Part shown: positions 57,296 to 64,000 of the stretch, piece by piece
How positions within the stretch are numbered: position 1 is the first letter of the stretch
How the letters are laid out: each line of letters starts with the position of its first letter
Assembly: GCA_951406725.2 (NCBI GenBank)
Contig: OX597825.1
Coordinates: 18,848,001 to 18,912,000, forward strand
Length of the DNA stretch: 64,000 nt
Source of the DNA: Octopus vulgaris
Taxonomy: Eukaryota
Direction: 5' to 3'
Translations under genes and position numbers: made by a program
Notes under the pieces: generated by a model
Seen by the model: only the letters and a program-made list of their open reading frames with translations
Database searches by the model: none
Told to the model about the DNA's origin: nothing

Positions 57296-57731
57296 AGCGG
57301 TATTTCGTCTGCCGTTACGTTCTGAGTTCAAATTCCGCCGAGGTCGACTTCGCCTTTCATACTTTCGGGGTCGATAAATTAAGTACCAGTTACGCACTGG
57401 GGTCGATGTAATCGACTTAATCCATTTGTGTGTCCTTGTTTGTCCTCTCTGTGTTTAGCCTCTTGTGGGTAGTAAAGAAATAGGTATTTCGTCTGCCGTT
57501 ACGTTCTGAGTTCAAATTCCACCGAGGTCGACTTTGCTTTTCATCCTTTCGGGGTCGATAAATTAAGTACCAGTTACGCACTGGGGTCGATATAATCGAC
57601 TTAATCCGTTTGTCTGTCCTTGTTTGTCCTCTCTGTATTTAGCGCCCTGTGGTTAGTAAAGAAATAGGTATTTCGTCTGCCGTTATGTTCTGAGTTCAAA
57701 TTCCGCCGAGGTCGACTTTGCCTTTCATCCT
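57296..57731 (+). mobile_element. Headless SINE A tandem array (~2.3 x 184 bp)
   Basis: Unit starts at 57299, 57483 and 57667. Confidence 0.92.
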
Positions 57732-58292
57732 TATCGAAGAAATGGCATATGAATGGATGTTGAACGTGCACAGGTTGGATGGGATATTTGTGAGCAAGAC
57801 GTGTTTGTGTTGATGGCAACGGCTGCAAAATACTTAAAGCAATTAAAGTGACACAGGAAAATACAATTTCAGCAGGATTGACTTTAAGAAAGTAATACGG
57901 GAGGTTATTCTCGAAAGAAAAAAGATTCAATGTCTTGTTGAATGTTTTTGTTAATGGTTATTTCTCTTGCGTTTGAGGTATTGCAAGAGGATCCAATGAT
58001 TAGTTATCTGGCAGAATCTATTCGGAATGAGACTCACGGTAGCATGACTTGGACGTCAAACGTCACGAAACATCCCTGAGAGAGAGAAAGGGAAAGGAAG
58101 AAAACAGGATAAGAAAGAACGAAAGAGTGGGAGAGCGAGGGAGAGAAGGAAAAATAGAAAGAAATAAAGAGAGAAAAAACAAAGAAAGAAAGGGATTCGT
58201 GAAAATACGATTAAAATCCTGAGAATGTAAGGAATGGAAAAGGTAAAACACGGACTACAATCGTTTCATAAGAAAGCAATGCTTGTATGCGA

Positions 58293-58348
<56 letters not shown>

Positions 58349-58349
58349 T

Positions 58350-58545
58350 CATCATCATCATCATCATCATTGTTCGACCGTGGTCGAGACAATGGAATTT
58401 ACTATGTTACGCCAGACTTCACGGTCCATCATAGCATTACGGAGGTCCTGTTGCTGGATGCCTGTATCCCTGGAGATTACATCAGGGTAGGAGAGTGTGC
58501 GCCCTCTGGTATTGCGAGTAGATGGCTTCCAGAGGAGAAGAGTAG
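58350..58545 (-). mobile_element. RTE-clade LINE 3' end with (TGA)n tail
   Basis: [31 protein letters not shown]-terminus. Confidence 0.8.
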
Positions 58546-58604
58546 AAATTACTTCTTTTTCACACACACACAAGAACACACACATACACAGACAATTAGA
58601 CATA

Positions 58605-58605
58605 C

Positions 58606-58697
<92 letters not shown>

Positions 58698-58714
58698 AGT
58701 GGGGAGAGATATAA

Positions 58715-58747
<33 letters not shown>

Positions 58748-58750
58748 TAA

Positions 58751-58801
<51 letters not shown>

Positions 58802-58859
58802 TAGGTAGATAGATAGATCGATGGATGGATAGATAGAGAGAGAGAGAGAGAGAGATAGG

Positions 58860-58923
<64 letters not shown>

Positions 58924-60184
58924 CAAACAGACAGACACAGAACGATAGATACATACATATAACTACATAAGCACGAATGTAGTTATGCTTGCATAAATAC
59001 TTATGCAGAGATCTATGCGCACGTACACACTGACACACAACTAGATATAGATATAAATACACAAATATATACGTATGGTTGTGTGTGAGTGAGTGCGTGA
59101 GTGAGCGACTGGGTGAGTGAGTGAGTGAGCGAATGAGTGAGTGAGTTAGTGAGTGAGTGAGTGAGTGAGTGAGTGAGTGAGTGTGTGAGTGAGTGAGTGT
59201 AGGGCATGTACCTGCCTTAAGTTTTGTATTATTTATCGTTCATTAGATGTGTATTTTTTTTTTGCTTTGTGACTTGACTCAAATATTTTTACAAACTTCA
59301 TATAAATAATAATCCGAGAGTATCAACAACAAAATGTAACACAAGCAAAGACTGAACTCACAATGTTTCCATATATATACATAGAGAAAGAGGGAGAGAA
59401 GACCATAATGAAATGCTAGTTGTTGCCAAGTCTTCGAATCCACCACAGTTCTAGCATGGTTAACGTATACATTCGGATCGATAGGAATGTATAAAGTATA
59501 TCAGTTGCTCGTTAGACATTTAAATTAATCTCTTACACACCATCTGTTCGCAATGGTCGGAATTTGGAGGAGGAAAAAAGCCTACAGATCTTATACGACG
59601 TTGTTAGAATGACTGTTTTAACTTTCTTTACTGAATTACTAAACAGATCATTAAGTTAATCTCAGAAATGCTATCACTTCCGACAATCGAACAGCTGAAA
59701 TGAAGCGGCTAGTACAACTTCAGTGAAACCGTTCATTTTCGCGGCGAAATTCTTTGAACATCTTCGAATGTATATACAATCGCAAGACACTTTGATGTTC
59801 GGATTGTTTGTCTGCTACACAGAGAAAATTATATCTTTCTGAAATTCATTGATTCATCGTGATATTTAGAAAAGTACCGGTATCATAGCTGCGTACACAA
59901 ACATTACATATACGTTCGGTTAACAAATATACGCGTGCGGTTTTCACAGTTAACGTTTCTGTACCTATTTCTGTATACATAAGACTATTTGGACACCCAC
60001 GTATTTTACACATAGACAAGAATATGTGTGTGTGTTGTGAGGGCGTGCGTGTGTGAGTGTGTGAATACGTACGGGTATGTGTGTGTTTGTAAAAAGAGAA
60101 ACAGCGGGGAAGGTACATGGTCAAATAGAGAGGTAGACAGATAAATAGATGGATTAATAGTTCGTTAGACAGATAGGTTGATAG

Positions 60185-60215
<31 letters not shown>

Positions 60216-60289
60216 GATAGATAGATTGATAGAACGGTAGATAGATAGACAGATAGATAGACATATAGATAGGTAGATAGATATATAGA

Positions 60290-60323
<34 letters not shown>

Positions 60324-60338
60324 TACAGACAGATATAT

Positions 60339-60381
<43 letters not shown>

Positions 60382-60424
60382 GATAGATAGATATATAGAT
60401 AGACAGACAGACAGGCAGACAGAC

Positions 60425-60506
<82 letters not shown>

Positions 60507-60545
60507 ACAGTCAGGCAGATAAACAGGCAGACATTCAGACAGACA
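58605..60545. repeat. (GATA)n, (GTGA)n and (GATA/GACA)n microsatellite blocks
   Basis: 58605-58925, 59085-59200 and 60170-60545, separated by unique sequence. Confidence 0.9.
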
Positions 60546-60956
60546 CACAAATACATACATACATATACATATGTTTTACTAGTAAACATTCTCTCTTTCT
60601 AGAACGAATCCGAAAATAGCTCGGCCACTTTCGATAGGTTATTGCCGATATATTAAGCCTATCAAATCAATTCGTCCCTGTGAAGGAGGAAGCACTCTAG
60701 AGCTAACTGTGAAAATACTAAAAGTAACAGACGTCCATTTTAACTCACTTGGATATCAGCATATCCACTGTCATTTTCCATTATATAGCCGAAGTACAGA
60801 CACAGCGTTTGCTTGAATAAATTATAATTTCATAAGCATACGTCCAGTCACTATTAAGCTCCTTAATGGATATTTGTACGACCACACACACATGCACACA
60901 CACACGCATACACACACACACACATGAACGCACACACATACACACAGAGAGACAAA

Positions 60957-61450
60957 GGCGTGGCTGTGAGGTAAGAGGTTTGCTTCTCAACCTCATGGCT
61001 CCGTGTTCAGGCCCACGATGTGGCACATGAGCAAGTGTTTCTACTGTTGCTTCGGAATGACCACATCCTTGTCCGTGGATTTGTTAGATGGAAACTAAAA
61101 GAAGCCTATCTTATATAAATACACACACACACACACACACACACATATAGTTACATGTGTGGGTCTGTATTTGTATGTGTGTGTGCATGTGTGTAGGTGT
61201 GTGTATGTCAGTGTTTGTGTGTATGTGTGTGTGTGTGTACATGCGCGTGTATGTGTGTGTCATCACGTCTATGTTTGCCCACTCCACCGCCCGCTTGATT
61301 TGTTTATATCTTGGTTTGTTTATATTGTAATCAAAAGAGACAGATAGGATAATTACTAGGCTTTAAAACATCAAGTACTGCGGTCAATTTTTCGAATAAA
61401 CCTTTTAATGTGGTACCCCAGCATGGCCGCCGTCCAATGACTGAAACAAA
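60957..61450 (+). mobile_element. SINE family B, diverged
   Basis: Family match. Confidence 0.8.
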
Positions 61451-61508
61451 AAATATATGTATATGTGTGTGTGTGTGTGTGTGTGTATGTGTGCGTGTGT
61501 GTGTATGT

Positions 61509-62737
61509 TAGGTCCTCCCATAAATAATACGCTTTTTATATACATCTTTTATTTCTCAAAAATTAAGATAAACAAAGTTCTTTTTAATCTAAAATATATT
61601 CACCTTCATTATGTACAGTGCTCTTCTATCTAGTAGACTTGCAAGGAACCTCTTCCAAAATTCACTTGGCCGCGAGGAAAAATTCTTCTCTTGTACTGTT
61701 CTGACCTCGTCTATAGAATTCATGTTTTCTCGGTCCAAATTATCTTGAAAACTGCGGAATAAATGATAATCAAATGGGACAATGTCCGGCGAATATTGTG
61801 GGTGGGACATCGTTTACCATTCAAACTGCTCCGGCCTTACGAATGTCATACTCTCTGTATGTGGTTGAGCATTATCCTGATGGAAGAACACTTTTCGTCT
61901 CAAAAACAAAGATTGTCATTTTCTTGTAGTGCTGACTTAAGCTTCTAAAGCTGCTCGCAGTAGATTTCCTTTCTTATCTCTTGATTTGTGTTTAAAATTT
62001 CAAAGTGGACGAAACCTTTCCTATCCCACCAAACAGATAACAACTTACGTGGGTGAAGACCTTCTTTGGCCTGGGGTGCCAATGTTTCTCCTTTCTCTAC
62101 CCATTTTCTTCTGCGCTTGACATTGTTAGAGAGAACCCGTCTCTCATCACCAGTCACTATTCGGCCCCCAAAATGTTCATTTGTGAGATGTAACAGCAAA
62201 GGATCGCACGGTTAGACTCGCTAAGTTTGTAAGAAACACAATGACCCAATTTGCTGGCTTTTCCGATGGCATGCAGTGTTCGAGGATTGGTTGAATGACT
62301 AGATCCAAGCTTCTCTGCTAGTTCCTCAGCCGTTACAGTGGGATTTTGGTCCACCAGGATTTGCAGAACGTCCTCATCGAGCTTTGCAGATTTTCCACGA
62401 CGAGGTCCGTAGTTCCGGCTCAGAATTTTTGGAACCACCGTTGAGACTGGCTTATGTCTATTGTCCGATCCCCATTTATTGCATTCACATTCCTTACGCT
62501 TGCCTTTGTGTTGCCTTTATTGAACTCACACAGCAAAATATGCCGAATATGTTCCCTTGTCATTTCCATTATAGCTTTGAAAAATAACTGTTAAACTCGA
62601 ACTGCACTCTTCAAAACTTGCACTAAGAATAAGTCAAGGTAAAATTACTTCTTGCTTTTGTAGTAAGTTGATGCAGGTAGAGTATCCCGTCCCCCTCCGA
62701 TTTTTACTTCATGCATTGAAAACATCGCATTATATAT
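61509..62737 (-). mobile_element. Near full-length decayed mariner transposon
   Basis: HTH (TAEELAEKLG), RIVTGDE, LSVWWD and HPQYSPDIVPFDYHLF; frameshifts; TIR at 61509, other TIR partial. Confidence 0.92.
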
Positions 62738-62749
62738 AATACATATTCA

Positions 62750-63150
62750 GGGCAGGGAACTGGCAGAATCGTTAGCACGCCGGGCGAAATACTTACCGGT
62801 ATTTCGTCTGCCGTTACGTTCTGAGTTCAAATTCCGCCGAGGTCGACTTTGCCTTTCGTCCTTTCGGGGTCGAGTAAATAAGTACCAGTTACGCATTGGG
62901 ATCGATATAATCGACTTAATCCGTTTGTCTGTCCTTGTTTGTCCCCTCTGTGTTTAGCCCCTTGTGGGTAGTAAAGAAATAGGTATTTCGTCTGCCGTTA
63001 CGTTCTGAGTTCAAATTTCACCGAGGTCGACTTTGCCCTTCATCCTCTCGGATTCAATAAAGTTAGTACCAGTTACGCACTGGGATCGATGTAATCGACT
63101 TAATCTCTTACCTTAAATTTGAGGCCTTGTGCTTCCACTAGTGAGGATTA
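62750..63150 (+). mobile_element. SINE A dimer (head + young unit + old-tailed unit)
   Basis: Junction at 62981/62982. Confidence 0.9.
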
Positions 63151-64000
63151 TTTATGGAATATACAATATATATGTATGCATACATTCACACGCATCATAA
63201 ACCGGTACGCTGATTTCTATATCACTTGCATAAACGTGCACAAGGACACTTACACACAAACACAACACACACACATATACATATATACACATGTGTATGT
63301 GAGAGAGAGTGTGTGGGTGAGGGGATGTGTGTATATTGAAGAGCAAGCATTTTCAAATCACCCTCATTTTTAAAGATCAAATATAATTCCTTTGAACTAT
63401 CTCAGTACATGCAGAATATATGTTAATCTTGAATGCAACCGAAGCAGCGGCCATCTTCATCAATGGATGAATAGAAGATGCTTGTTCTGTGAGAGACAGT
63501 AAAATATACAACCCACATGCAACTGATTCAGATACAGAACAAAAAAATAAAATGACAAACGACACAAGGAAATACCATAGCAAGCAAGCATCGCTTAAAA
63601 AGCAACATTCTAATTAGAGATACGATAATAATCCACGACATGTAACGGGATAAGAAAGGATACTGAAAACGATTATAATAGTATCATGCGTCATATGGTC
63701 ACTGTCAAATTGAATTGATTAAAGCAGTAGGTAACCAGTGAGGTAATCTACGTCAAGGTGATAACTATCCTCAGAGCAACTACCGTCTGTTGACAAGAGA
63801 ATAGAAAAACGGACGAAAGATTACGACATTAGAAACCTAGAATTTCTAAGAGATGCCTTGAAAAGCGCCCTAGAGAGGGAAAATTCGGTGAACGGATGTA
63901 AAGCCTTTGATTAGTAGAAACATGTGCGCATTTGTAGCATATATATAAATATTTATATATGCATGTATTTGCTATTGTGTGTATGAGACAAACACACAGA

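Noticed and set aside
57299-57482. Hammerhead ribozyme within the 184-bp SINE unit (true retrozyme)
   Set aside because: I found no CUGANGA...GAAA core with compatible stems on either strand.

Overview
AT-rich, microsatellite-dense eukaryotic DNA, most likely intergenic or intronic. The tRNA-derived SINE families and repeat landscape look like Octopus (inferred, not verified). No host protein-coding gene can be supported; most ORF-track entries are translations of microsatellites. The window holds three tRNA-headed SINE families (A, B, C here), decayed R4/Dong, Tx1/L1, RTE and HERO-like LINE fragments, Tc1/mariner relics, two non-autonomous Helitrons, foldback/MITE elements and short Penelope-like pieces with hammerhead-ribozyme motifs. 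The strongest unexplained signal is in SINE family A. Ten of 13 copies of its 'young' 3' tail (...TAAAGAAATA) are joined to the same position (GGTATTTCG, between the A and B boxes) of another family-A SINE. One of these has a 19-bp target-site duplication inside an old host copy. The tail also resembles the 3' ends of two Tx1-like LINE fragments in the window. This suggests a self-targeting SINE mobilised by a sequence-specific Tx1-type LINE, building 184-bp tandem arrays. Coordinates were read by eye and are approximate to a few bases.
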